Source of the DNA: a virus
Direction: 5' to 3' (one strand)
Length of the DNA: 47,741 nt
IMG/VR virus record: IMGVR_UViG_3300011008_000125
Shown piece by piece: positions 8,509 to 17,868 of this stretch; position 1 is the first letter of the stretch; every line of letters begins with the position of its first letter. The position numbers were made by a program, and so were the translations under genes. The notes below the pieces were generated by a model. The model did no database searches. It worked only from the letters and a program-made list of their open reading frames with translations, and was not told the DNA's origin.

Positions 8509-11379
8509 TTACTCATGCACCCCTTCCGTTATATTATCAATGGATTCATTGACGGCATCCGTCAGACCGCTAACAACGCCGTCCAAATCCATGCCGTTGT
8601 TTATATTGTTGCTCATGCCCGACATGTCAACATTTACTTCCGCAAGCGTGTAACGGTTCACGGTTTCCATTTCGGCAATGTCGCGCAAATACTTCAGGTC
8701 TTCAGCCGTCTTTGACATTTCCTGTGCCATTTTGCCGGTATTGTCTGCCGTACCACCGGCAGCGCCCGGAACACCGGAAGCATCAAGCCCGGAACCAACG
8801 CCACCGGCAACCGCTGTTGCAAGGTCACCCATGTCAGAAAGTGATTCCGTACCAAACATGTTGTCAAATGACAGTGCGTCACCAATACTTGAAGCAATAC
8901 CGTCACCAACGGCAGCACCCTTTGCAAAGGAATCAGCCGCCCACCCGGATTCAAATGCTGAAAAACCAGCCATCTGTTCCTGAAATGCAGCGCCAATGTC
9001 CTGATATTCCATTTTGGAATCTTGTGCCGCCTGTGCTTTTGCCGCATAGTCACCAGCCATACCAGCAAGACCGGCAGCATCAAATTCCACGAACGGAAGT
9101 GCTGAAAGCGCGGATGCAATCTGACTGATGACGGACATAGCCGTTGACAACAGGTTATAAAAGAAACTCTGAATGTTTGCTATGCTGTTATGGAACGCCG
9201 CCACCATGTTGTTGGCAAGCGCTGAAGCCGCCGCGCCCAACGCCTGAAAAATAGTAACTGCTGCTGACCAAAGCTGTTGGAAGAATCCGATGACCACACC
9301 GATTGCACCGGCAATGACACCCAACCCAGAATTGGCAATCCCGGTGAAGTGTGCAACCGCTGCCGCTGCTGCGTATAGTACAGCAACCAAGGCAATCACA
9401 AGCATCACGATCCACACAATAGGACTTGCATACATAGCCGCGTTCAGTCCTTCCTGTGCCGCGATCTGTGCCGCCGTTGCCGCCGTAAGTGTTCCGGTCA
9501 TTGCGGCGTGTGCCATCTGTGCCGCCGCCATAGCCATATGAATACCCGTGCTAATAGCTGAAATGGTATTTGCGGCAAGCTGTGCGCCGTAATAAACCAT
9601 CAGCGCACCGGCAACACCCATGACGATGGGTTCAATGATTGACCAATTATCAATGATGACGGACGCGACCTGAAACGCCACATCCATCAGACCGGCAAGC
9701 ACACCCATGACAAACTGTAATGCCGTGGTGAAGCCGTCCAACACACTTTGAATTACACCGGAATTTGCAAGAATGCTGTCAACAAACAGCATCACATACG
9801 GGTACAGCTGACTGCCAATGACTTCTTTCATGTCACCAAAGGCGTTGGTCATCTGCTGAATTCTGCCTTGCGGCGTGTCGGACATGGTTTCATACAGTCC
9901 AGCCCAAGATTCATTGATGATGTCTGCAATGACCGTTGCTGACCGCATGTCTTCCGACATGTTCACGTATTCTTCACCCAGCGCTTCAATGTACTGCTGT
10001 TCTGTTGCGCTGCCGTCAATAACCGCTTTTTGGGCATCCGTGAATTCAAAGCCCTTTTTGGTCATCGCGTCATAAGCGCCGGTCATGATCTTGCCCAGAT
10101 TCGTGGCATAATCCACCATTGTGGTGGTGTCAATCTCACCGCCGCCTGACATACCGGCTGCATAGTTGGTCAGCGTGTCCATCATCGTGCCGATTGCTTC
10201 AACGTCAGACATGTACGTTGCGAATTCACCGGCGGCTGCAATCATAGCTTCATCACCATACATGCCACGGCTTTGAATCTCTGATGCCTTTGCAGTGATG
10301 CTGTCAAACTGGTCAAGCAGATAGTCAGTTTTCATTTCCGGCGTAATGTCAACCGTCATGCCGTCAATGGTGCTTATCAGTTCACCGGCTTCCGACAGGG
10401 CAAGGGTGTCATCAATTCCAACGATAAATTCAGGAACTTCAGCATAATCAACCATGTTTCCAAGCACGGTCATCAGCTGTGTTTCCGCATTCCGCTGGAT
10501 GTTGAACGCTTCAGTTGTGTCCTGAATCCATCCCCACGCTTTACGGATTCCAGCCATACCAGCGAACGCACCGACCACACCGGCAATGGTGCGCTGAAGC
10601 TGTGCGGCAATCCCGGTTCCGTCCTGAATGGCGGCATTGAACCGCCCCTGTTCATCAACGTTGTCACGGATGTACTGTTCTGTGTGGCTTACGGTCTGTG
10701 ACAGCTGAATGTACGCTTCATTTGCGCCGCGCACATCCATGTTTTCAAGCGCGTCATCAAGCGCTTCCTGTGCCTGTTGTGCCTGATAAAGCTGTGACCG
10801 CAATTCTTCAAGACCGTCATTTGCAGCATCAACACCCATGTTCATGGGATTGGCTTCAATCATCTGAATCCGCTGTTGTACCGCCTGAAGCCTTGCCTGA
10901 ACTGACTGAATATCCTGAACAGCGCCGTCCGGCATAATATCCAGTCCGGCGGCAGTCTGTGCCGTGCGCTGAAGGTTTTCATTCAGCCCGTTAATCAATG
11001 CGTCCGTACTCTGAACTTCCTGTTCAAAGCGTTCAATTCCCGTATCCGTGAAGACCTCTAACCCGTCATGCCACCAATCCGGCGGCGCACGTGTCTGTGA
11101 CGTGTCATCCGGCGCGGACACCGGCGCGGGTGTTGGGGTTTCCGGTAATGGGTTGGTGTTGTGCAACTGATCCATCAGACCAATCAGTTCAGCCACGGCA
11201 GCGGCGGCATTGTTCACGCCGTCCTGAACAGAATCAATCCCAGCCGTGGACACATTTGCGTTCATGGTCTGTTGTAACTGTTCCATGCCGGACACGGCAG
11301 CTGTGACGGCGTTCACCAAGCCGTATATGACCTGTGTGAACTCATCATTCAGTTCTATGCCTGTCTGAATACCAGCCAT
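8509..11379 (-). CDS. Tail tape measure protein
   Basis: 956-aa ORF, Ala/Gly/Gln-rich and helical, with hydrophobic central segments. It follows the chaperone/frameshift pair. Confidence 0.9.
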   Translation of the reverse strand: MAGIQTGIELNDEFTQVIYGLVNAVTAAVSGMEQLQQTMNANVSTAGIDSVQDGVNNAAAAVAELIGLMDQLHNTNPLPETPTPAPVSAPDDTSQTRAPPDWWHDGLEVFTDTGIERFEQEVQSTDALINGLNENLQRTAQTAAGLDIMPDGAVQDIQSVQARLQAVQQRIQMIEANPMNMGVDAANDGLEELRSQLYQAQQAQEALDDALENMDVRGANEAYIQLSQTVSHTEQYIRDNVDEQGRFNAAIQDGTGIAAQLQRTIAGVVGAFAGMAGIRKAWGWIQDTTEAFNIQRNAETQLMTVLGNMVDYAEVPEFIVGIDDTLALSEAGELISTIDGMTVDITPEMKTDYLLDQFDSITAKASEIQSRGMYGDEAMIAAAGEFATYMSDVEAIGTMMDTLTNYAAGMSGGGEIDTTTMVDYATNLGKIMTGAYDAMTKKGFEFTDAQKAVIDGSATEQQYIEALGEEYVNMSEDMRSATVIADIINESWAGLYETMSDTPQGRIQQMTNAFGDMKEVIGSQLYPYVMLFVDSILANSGVIQSVLDGFTTALQFVMGVLAGLMDVAFQVASVIIDNWSIIEPIVMGVAGALMVYYGAQLAANTISAISTGIHMAMAAAQMAHAAMTGTLTAATAAQIAAQEGLNAAMYASPIVWIVMLVIALVAVLYAAAAAVAHFTGIANSGLGVIAGAIGVVIGFFQQLWSAAVTIFQALGAAASALANNMVAAFHNSIANIQSFFYNLLSTAMSVISQIASALSALPFVEFDAAGLAGMAGDYAAKAQAAQDSKMEYQDIGAAFQEQMAGFSAFESGWAADSFAKGAAVGDGIASSIGDALSFDNMFGTESLSDMGDLATAVAGGVGSGLDASGVPGAAGGTADNTGKMAQEMSKTAEDLKYLRDIAEMETVNRYTLAEVNVDMSGMSNNINNGMDLDGVVSGLTDAVNESIDNITEGVHE

Positions 11380-11399
11380 GTTCTGACCCCCTTTCCCGG

Positions 11400-11603
11400 T
11401 TAATGCTTTCTTTTGCTCTTGCTTTCTATCTTCTTCTTTTCTTCCTTGTCATGCTTCAGCTTGATGTCAATGGCGGCGCACACAAACGCCTTTTCCTGTG
11501 CTTCAAGCGCAAGGAACTGTGACGGCAGCATATGCAGCTTGTGAAGCGCATAGTATGCATAATTGGCTTCCCAATCTTCACCGTCACCTTCAATTAGTTT
11601 TTT
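11400..11603 (-). CDS. -1 frameshift extension of the tail assembly chaperone (G/GT-type fusion product)
   Basis: From the slippery site, the -1 frame reads KKLIEGDGEDWEANYAYYALHKLHMLPSQFLALEAQEKAFVCAAIDIKLKHDKEEKKKIESKSKRKH*. It has no credible start of its own, and its 204 nt equal 68 codons. Confidence 0.65.
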   Translation of the reverse strand, partial: KKLIEGDGEDWEANYAYYALHKLHMLPSQFLALEAQEKAFVCAAIDIKLKHDKEEKKKIESKSKRKH

Positions 11604-12046
11604 GCTTCTTCCACCTGTTCATCAAAGGATTTTGTGAAACCCTGAAATTTCTGCATCCACACGCCAAACTGCTGGTATTCACCCGCGTCATCAACCAGTG
11701 CATACAGAAGGTCTTCCGGCTTGTTCACACCGTAAGAATCCTGTAATTCCGCGTCCAAAAGGTCAGGAAAGACGGTTGCAGCCACAATGACGGATGCCAT
11801 GTACTTATTAGCAATAACCTTTGGTCTGAATACACCGGGCTTGCCGGTCACGGGTACTTCAATGGTTGCGGCTTCACGCAAAGCGTCATTTTCCTTTGAC
11901 GTGATGTGCCTGAATTCCCATTCAACCGGTTTTCCGTTTTCATCCTTCAGTGTGGTTGTGGGCGCGTATTTTTCATTGTTTTTCTGTTCTTTGTTCTGCT
12001 TCATGAAAAGCGCAAATTTAGACATTTTTTTTATCCATCCTTTCAA
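11594..12046 (-). CDS. Tail assembly chaperone (XkdN-like)
   Basis: 150-aa ORF between the tube and tape measure genes. It ends in the slippery site. Confidence 0.75.
   Translation of the reverse strand: MKGWIKKMSKFALFMKQNKEQKNNEKYAPTTTLKDENGKPVEWEFRHITSKENDALREAATIEVPVTGKPGVFRPKVIANKYMASVIVAATVFPDLLDAELQDSYGVNKPEDLLYALVDDAGEYQQFGVWMQKFQGFTKSFDEQVEEAKN
11597..11603 (-). promoter_or_regulatory. Programmed -1 ribosomal frameshift slippery heptamer A_AAA_AAC
   Basis: The minus strand reads GAA GCA AAA AAC TAA at the end of the chaperone ORF, matching the canonical X_XXY_YYZ pattern in the zero frame. Confidence 0.65.
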
Positions 12047-12062
12047 TTATCCATTAACGCGG

Positions 12063-12104
12063 AAAAAGCCCCTATATGACCTTATATGAAAGTCAGATAG
12101 GGGC
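12063..12104 (-). terminator. Rho-independent terminator/attenuator after the tube gene
   Basis: The stem gcccctat(12068-12075)/ataggggc(12097-12104) is followed by a T5 run on the minus strand. Confidence 0.55.
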
Positions 12105-12111
12105 ATTTTGC

Positions 12112-12594
12112 TTAGTTCGTCAGAAATCCTGTCAGATTGGTGAAACCTTCCGGGATGCTGAAGTCCTCAAAGGTTCCTTCAATCTCTTCATCCAGATATT
12201 CACCATCTGCATCAAACTTTGCAAGAATACCGCCGTCCGTATTGCAGTCATACAGAACCACGGTCTGCCGTCCGGCGGCAGATGTTGGGTCATCGTTCGT
12301 GATCTGCATTTCAAAATACGTGTCTTCACCGGTATTCTTGTAGTCCACAAGCAGCTGACGCATGACAGACTGGTTGTAATGGGCTGTACCGGAAAACGTA
12401 CCTTCCATACCGCAAGTCTTGTGACCCACCATAGCGTGACCAAGACGCGGAACCTGTGCTTTGGTCTTCTCAAGCTTCACTTCCATGTCAACCATCTGCA
12501 TGAAGTTGTACCGGCGTGAACCAATCGTGATAAAGCATTCCGCAAGCTTTGCCGCAATGGTATCACGCGCTTTCATTACCACATTGTTAGGCAT
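12112..12594 (-). CDS. Tail tube protein (XkdM-like)
   Basis: 160-aa ORF directly downstream of the sheath gene. Confidence 0.8.
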   Translation of the reverse strand: MPNNVVMKARDTIAAKLAECFITIGSRRYNFMQMVDMEVKLEKTKAQVPRLGHAMVGHKTCGMEGTFSGTAHYNQSVMRQLLVDYKNTGEDTYFEMQITNDDPTSAAGRQTVVLYDCNTDGGILAKFDADGEYLDEEIEGTFEDFSIPEGFTNLTGFLTN

Positions 12595-12613
12595 TTATTC
12601 CACCATCCTTTCA

Positions 12614-13966
12614 TCAGACAACCACAACGGTCATGTACAGTTTGGACATGGTGTTGACCACCTGAATTGCGCTGTTGGCGCGTACAGACTTCTTAGAATC
12701 ACCCTGTGCAATGGTAACGTCCGTGTCAACGAAGTTTTCAATGGCACGAAGGTCATTCAGGTTCTGTCTGATCTTCACAAGGTCAGCCCAAAGGCTGATT
12801 CTGCCGGGGTTGTCATTCGGAACGTGACCATTGTACTTGTCATTGAAGATTGTTGCGTCATCAATGGCAATCTGGTCAATCACACGGATAGTCTGGTTGT
12901 CCTTGAACACTTCACCCATAACGTCAGTGACGGTTACGAAGGTGTTGATGTCTTCCAGCACACAGACCTTGTTATTGTTGTTGTGGAAGATGAACTTACC
13001 CGCTTCAAGCGCCTGTTCAAGTTCCGTCTGTGAATAGTCCGTGGAAATCGTGAATTCACCATCATAAACAGTGTTCTGAATGGATTCATTCACGTTTGCA
13101 CCGGCTTCCTTACCGGCAACCCAATACACGGCAGCGGATACCGGGTAACCAGTATCAACGTTGGTATTGTCAATGTCATTTTCAACCGAAATCACGCCCA
13201 TGTAATCAGGGGCGCAAGCGTCAACCGCCTTATGCAGCACAAGCTGATACTTGATGCCGCGTTCATCACGCATCCGGTTGACCATGCTGATGAACAGATT
13301 CTTGATTGCGGTTTCCGTGGACAGGATGCCCATGACATTGAAGCTGTAACCGGAAATCAGGTCAGAATAACGCTGATATGCAGCGCTGTTGACCGCACCA
13401 TTTGCACCGCCGGTCAGGGCAAGTCCGGCATTTGCCGCAAGCGTTGCCGATGTCTTGAAGTCAACATAGTCATTGCTGACAAGCCCGGAAGCCGCCGCAA
13501 CGGTCTGAACATCAACTTCAATGAACGCGCCGCCCACGCTGATAAGCGTGGTAACATCCCACTTGCTGTCATCGTCCACGTTTTTGGCAACCTTGATCTT
13601 GATGTCATTGCCACGTGTACCTTTGTACTTTGCCGTTGCAAAAGTGTTTGTTGCTTTCGCAGCACCTTCTGCAAGGCTGGTCAACTTATAGGTGTGAAGG
13701 GTCTTAGCGCCCTTGAACAGGTCACGAAGACCTTTCATCTTGTCATCATCATAAGCATAACCAAAGATTTTCAGGCTGTTGGTCTGGAAATCCTCATTGG
13801 TGACGGTAAAGATTGCGTCATCAACGCCCCAATCCAGTTCAAGCGGAACGGTCACAGTGCCGCGTTCAGCCATTGAAGCCGTTGCGCCAGCCTGTGAAAC
13901 CACGTTCAGGTAATAGCCGGGTAAAATCTTATTTTCTGTCAGAAAAGTTCCACCGCCTAAAGCCAT
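12614..13966 (-). CDS. Contractile tail sheath protein (XkdK-like)
   Basis: 450-aa ORF. The N-terminus MALGGGTFLTENKILPGYYLNV is typical of sheath proteins. Confidence 0.85.
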   Translation of the reverse strand: MALGGGTFLTENKILPGYYLNVVSQAGATASMAERGTVTVPLELDWGVDDAIFTVTNEDFQTNSLKIFGYAYDDDKMKGLRDLFKGAKTLHTYKLTSLAEGAAKATNTFATAKYKGTRGNDIKIKVAKNVDDDSKWDVTTLISVGGAFIEVDVQTVAAASGLVSNDYVDFKTSATLAANAGLALTGGANGAVNSAAYQRYSDLISGYSFNVMGILSTETAIKNLFISMVNRMRDERGIKYQLVLHKAVDACAPDYMGVISVENDIDNTNVDTGYPVSAAVYWVAGKEAGANVNESIQNTVYDGEFTISTDYSQTELEQALEAGKFIFHNNNNKVCVLEDINTFVTVTDVMGEVFKDNQTIRVIDQIAIDDATIFNDKYNGHVPNDNPGRISLWADLVKIRQNLNDLRAIENFVDTDVTIAQGDSKKSVRANSAIQVVNTMSKLYMTVVVV

Positions 13967-13977
13967 AGCTTTTCACC

Positions 13978-14163
13978 TTATCCTTTCTTCTTCATAAAAT
14001 CTTCAAGCGCCTTATCAACATCAGCGTGGCTGTATTCCTTGTCATCGGCAAGGATTGCATACAGCGCGTCACGCCGGTTTGCGTACCGCTTTGATGCAAG
14101 CAGCTGTGCCTTGCTGAAGGTTGCAGCTGCTTCTTTCTTTGTGTCAGCCATAGTTTTCACCAT
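13978..14163 (-). CDS. Small hypothetical structural-module protein
   Basis: 61-aa ORF in an operon context. The true start may be the internal MADTKKE. Confidence 0.4.
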   Translation of the reverse strand: MVKTMADTKKEAAATFSKAQLLASKRYANRRDALYAILADDKEYSHADVDKALEDFMKKKG

Positions 14164-14166
14164 CCT

Positions 14167-14613
14167 TTAATCAACGTCCAAAGTTGATGTCAGGGTTTCC
14201 ATCAGTTCCGTGTCATCCGCTTTCAGCACAAAGCCGTCATAGTTAACAAAGAAATTCAGCACCCGGTCAACAACTTCAGAATGCATCTGTGTACCCCTGA
14301 TAGGCTTGTCATCACCAACACATGTGACATATTCCAGACACCACGTCAGGCGTTCAGCCACCGTGTTGCATTCAGCTTCATAATCCGTGGATGATTCCGG
14401 GAAATACTGGATGACAAACGGCAGCTGACGGAAGTACCGCCTACCAAGGAACTGTGTGTGTCCCGGATTGATGCACTGAATGTAAAAGCACGGTTCCTGA
14501 AGGTTCTGCTTGATTTCTTCAGCCGTCACTTCATACCGTGCTTCTTCACCATCCGGGTTAAATTCCGCATTCAGGGCAATGCTGATTGCGGCAATGATGT
14601 CATTCACAATCAT
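14167..14613 (-). CDS. Tail completion/terminator-like protein
   Basis: 148-aa ORF assigned by synteny between the HK97 gp10-like gene and the sheath gene. Confidence 0.5.
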   Translation of the reverse strand: MIVNDIIAAISIALNAEFNPDGEEARYEVTAEEIKQNLQEPCFYIQCINPGHTQFLGRRYFRQLPFVIQYFPESSTDYEAECNTVAERLTWCLEYVTCVGDDKPIRGTQMHSEVVDRVLNFFVNYDGFVLKADDTELMETLTSTLDVD

Positions 14614-15080
14614 GTAAACGCACCCCCTAAATACTTTTTCAGTTTTGCTTCCAGCACTTTAGGCGCGATCCGGGCAACTTCCTGTTCTGATATGGTCATC
14701 ATGAATTGACCCTTCACCCATCCTTTACCGCCGCGTGTCCTGTGTCCGTATTCGACATAGGAAGCGTATTCAACCGGGTTTACCAGTTCAATCACATACT
14801 TACTTCCTTCTTTCCTGACCGTCAGCGTGTCCAGATAAGCCATTGCAGACTGTTGTTTTCCGGCAGTCCATCCGCGTCTAAGTGTGCCGCCTTTCTTACC
14901 TGTTTCTTTTGGGTAATCCCCGACCGGCGTTCTTTTAATGACCTTTGCAAGCAGACGTGCGGCAAGTTCCTTTGCACACGCTTCAGCAAACTGTTCCGGG
15001 TCTTGCAGTTTTTGCAGATTCTTCTGCAATTCCTTCATGCCGCGTAAGTCAAACTTGCCAAACCGCGCCATTATGCCCAC
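14610..15080 (-). CDS. HK97 gp10-family head-tail joining protein
   Basis: 156-aa ORF. The N-terminus MARFGKFDLRGMKELQKNLQKL is typical of the family. Confidence 0.65.
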   Translation of the reverse strand: MGIMARFGKFDLRGMKELQKNLQKLQDPEQFAEACAKELAARLLAKVIKRTPVGDYPKETGKKGGTLRRGWTAGKQQSAMAYLDTLTVRKEGSKYVIELVNPVEYASYVEYGHRTRGGKGWVKGQFMMTISEQEVARIAPKVLEAKLKKYLGGAFT

Positions 15081-15466
15081 CCGTCAAACACATCAAGCAC
15101 AATTTCCTGATGTGACACATACACCGCCGGGATGCCGCTGCTTTTATATGCTTTGGTCACCCCGGCTTGCGTTACCGTGATCTTTGATCCCGGATTGATA
15201 GTCACATCCGGCTGCGTGAACAGCTTTGTGGTCTGTACCACGGAAGCCGCTGATGCTGACTGTGCTGCCGCCGTCTTGCTTTCAATGGATAGATGACAGG
15301 GAATGTCAACTAACCCCGGAACAGCCTGTTCCCCCTGTGTGGTCAACCCTGTGACTTGATCTTTTACCTTCTGATAAACACTGACAGTAAACAGCCCGTC
15401 ATAATGATTGGCTTCATGAATTGCCCTTGCCGCCTGTCTTGCAGCAAGCACTGCCGCGCTTACCAT
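15071..15466 (-). CDS. Head closure / head-tail adaptor protein
   Basis: 131-aa ORF assigned by synteny. Confidence 0.5.
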   Translation of the reverse strand: MVSAAVLAARQAARAIHEANHYDGLFTVSVYQKVKDQVTGLTTQGEQAVPGLVDIPCHLSIESKTAAAQSASAASVVQTTKLFTQPDVTINPGSKITVTQAGVTKAYKSSGIPAVYVSHQEIVLDVFDGWA

Positions 15467-15885
15467 CTCAAACGCCTGAAACAGGAATACTGTTCCTTTC
15501 CGTAAGATAGAAGGTAATTGATAAAAGAATTCAGTCTTTGTTCAGGGGTCTGTGAACCATCACCAACGGCAAACACCGTTGTGGTGTCACCGTCAGTGAT
15601 CTGTTTCACAGCTGTGTCAAGGTCAAGCCCGGATAAGTCACCGGGCGCAAAGGTCAGTTTAGCGTTCAGGAATTCACCACACGCCATGTCAACCGCAAAG
15701 TGTTCCAGACCTTCAGGAACGTCCGTCCAGTTCACTTCATTCTTGATGGTGCTTCTGACCTTTTCCATGCAGAAATCAAGCGCGAACGCATCCGATTCCG
15801 TAACGGTATAGCCAAAAGACGCAAGACGTGCGGTCACGTTTTCAGGCGTGAAAACTGTAAGTTCCCTGTCAGCCATCGTTATCAC
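15460..15885 (-). CDS. Head-tail connector protein (gp6-like)
   Basis: 141-aa ORF immediately after the capsid gene. Confidence 0.55.
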   Translation of the reverse strand: MITMADRELTVFTPENVTARLASFGYTVTESDAFALDFCMEKVRSTIKNEVNWTDVPEGLEHFAVDMACGEFLNAKLTFAPGDLSGLDLDTAVKQITDGDTTTVFAVGDGSQTPEQRLNSFINYLLSYGKEQYSCFRRLRW

Positions 15886-16916
15886 CCCTTAGAAACAAGC
15901 TTGACCATAGCAATGTTCTTTGCGTTGGCAATGATGTCCCAGTTCGCCGTTGCAGCAAGCTGTGCTTCAGACGGGGAACCAGCATAGCCAACCGGCTTAG
16001 TGAAGCTGAAGCCGTTCGGATGGATGGTTTCACGAAGACGGGTAACCAGATACTCACGACCACCATACTTCAGCGGGTCACGTCCGCTTTCAACCGGCTT
16101 GTCACAGTTCGCCGGGGCGGTCAGGAACGCACCATTGCCGAACAGATAGGTGGTGTACTTAGTGCTGGAACCTGTTCCGGTCACCGGGCAACCGTCATCA
16201 ATGACAACGGTCATGCCGTTGATGTCCGCAATACGAAGTAACCGCTGAATGCCCTGTGCATCAGTATACTTACGGTATTCAAGGATTTCCAGACCGGCAA
16301 GGTTGGTTGCCACTTTGGAATGCATGACCGCAAGGCTAAATTCATCAGCCGCGTCACCAACGGCGTACTGGATTGCTTCACCAATGGTGGTTGCAGCGAT
16401 CTTGTTGGAAGTGTGCGAAACCGGCGGCGTGGAAGTAATATCCACAACATGCTTTGCCCATGCATCATAATTGTCACCGGTTCCAGTGATAGCAAAGATT
16501 GCTTCAGCAAGGTTGATAAGCCGGGTCTGCTTCTGCTTTGCCCAGAACTTTGCCACCTGTGAAGTAATCTGCTTCATGGGGTCAGCGCCGCTGTTATAAT
16601 CAATGATAAAGTCACGTGCGCCCCATGCGTGTGCGCGACCGTAAACAATACCACTCTGCGACCCACCTTCAGTTTCAGTGATGGTGATGTCCGTTGCACC
16701 GTCATAGTTTTCCGGGGTTCCACCAATGGTCTTATAGAACGGGATGGTGTAGTTATCACTGCCGTTCTGAATCAGCCCCTTGATGGTTGCATCCTCACGC
16801 ACCGCGCCGGAATCCAGCATTGCGGTCAGGATGGGGTCTTTTTCGTTCTGCCAGTTATACAGAAATAATTCCGGGTCATATGGAAAATTAAGATATGTTG
16901 CCATAGCTTTATTCAT
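15882..16916 (-). CDS. Major capsid protein
   Basis: 344-aa ORF after the scaffold gene, with a strong RBS context and typical size. Confidence 0.8.
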   Translation of the reverse strand: MNKAMATYLNFPYDPELFLYNWQNEKDPILTAMLDSGAVREDATIKGLIQNGSDNYTIPFYKTIGGTPENYDGATDITITETEGGSQSGIVYGRAHAWGARDFIIDYNSGADPMKQITSQVAKFWAKQKQTRLINLAEAIFAITGTGDNYDAWAKHVVDITSTPPVSHTSNKIAATTIGEAIQYAVGDAADEFSLAVMHSKVATNLAGLEILEYRKYTDAQGIQRLLRIADINGMTVVIDDGCPVTGTGSSTKYTTYLFGNGAFLTAPANCDKPVESGRDPLKYGGREYLVTRLRETIHPNGFSFTKPVGYAGSPSEAQLAATANWDIIANAKNIAMVKLVSKG

Positions 16917-16931
16917 CCTTTCTTGTGATTT

Positions 16932-17519
16932 TTACTTTAATTCCGTCTGCCAGTTCGGATGATCCTTGATATAGTTCATCTGATCCTGTGTGGAAAGTTT
17001 GCTGAAGTCTGCTTTGGTCATCGTGGTGGGCTTGTCATCAGCGCCGTCTGCCGGGGTTGCACCTTTAGGTGTTGCCGGTTTCGCCGGTTCTTCAAACAGG
17101 AACTTGCTGTCTTCAGCGGTCTGAAGCTTCTTAATCTGATCTGACAGACCCTTGATAGAACCGTCATCCGCAAATTCAGCCTTGTCCAGTCCTTCCAGAA
17201 GCGCACGGACGGCTTTGACGTTCTTTGCCTTTGCCACGGTCAGCGCAAGCTGCACAGCCGCGTCAACTTTTGCAGCCTTGTTTTCAGCCTGAAGCTGTTC
17301 AATCTGTTTGGTCAGTTCAGCGTTGTCACCGGCAGTCTTTTTCAGGTTTTCAATCTGTGTATCCCGGTCTTTCAGCTGTTCCTTCAGGTTGTCACGTTCC
17401 GTGGTGATGCTGGTCACGTCTGCCTTTGCCGCGTTGATGTCATTCCCGTTTTCCTTCATGATGGAATCAATCTGTTCAGCGGATAACACACCCATGTCTT
17501 CAAGAAACTTTCTTTTCAT
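16932..17519 (-). CDS. Scaffolding protein (GP20-like)
   Basis: 195-aa coiled-coil, charged protein: MKRKFLEDMGVLSAEQIDSIMKENGNDINAAKADV... Confidence 0.75.
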   Translation of the reverse strand: MKRKFLEDMGVLSAEQIDSIMKENGNDINAAKADVTSITTERDNLKEQLKDRDTQIENLKKTAGDNAELTKQIEQLQAENKAAKVDAAVQLALTVAKAKNVKAVRALLEGLDKAEFADDGSIKGLSDQIKKLQTAEDSKFLFEEPAKPATPKGATPADGADDKPTTMTKADFSKLSTQDQMNYIKDHPNWQTELK

Positions 17520-17611
17520 AGTTACCTACCGTCCTTTCTTACGCTTTTTACGGGGTTGCGTCCCATTGATTAGTTGGTCACCGGCTTTTTACGTCATCCG
17601 GGTCAGGACAA

Positions 17612-17637
17612 TTAAAAAAGCACCCGTTCAGGTGCTT
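17612..17637 (-). terminator. Rho-independent terminator after the MuF/small-gene pair
   Basis: The stem aagcacc/ggtgctt is followed by a T6 run on the minus strand (plus-strand aaaaaa at 17614-17619). Confidence 0.55.
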
Positions 17638-17640
17638 TGT

Positions 17641-17868
17641 TTAATCCCAATGCGTACCCTTTTCCGGGTACAGTTCCAAAATATCATAAAACTTTGGAAT
17701 GTCTTTAATCTGCTTTCCTTCCTTCAGTGCTTCCAGCACTTCAATCTTTTCATCAAGCAGATTATCAGATTCCAAATCAAAGAACTGTGCAAAACCGGGT
17801 GGAAAATCCACCTGAAACAGCAAGTCCGTAATCTTGACCTTCTTTTCAATCAATTCCTGTTCTGTCAT
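17641..17868 (-). CDS. Small acidic protein coupled to the MuF gene (candidate immunity/partner protein)
   Basis: 75-aa ORF whose start overlaps the MuF stop in an ATGA arrangement. No recognisable domain. Confidence 0.6.
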   Translation of the reverse strand: MTEQELIEKKVKITDLLFQVDFPPGFAQFFDLESDNLLDEKIEVLEALKEGKQIKDIPKFYDILELYPEKGTHWD

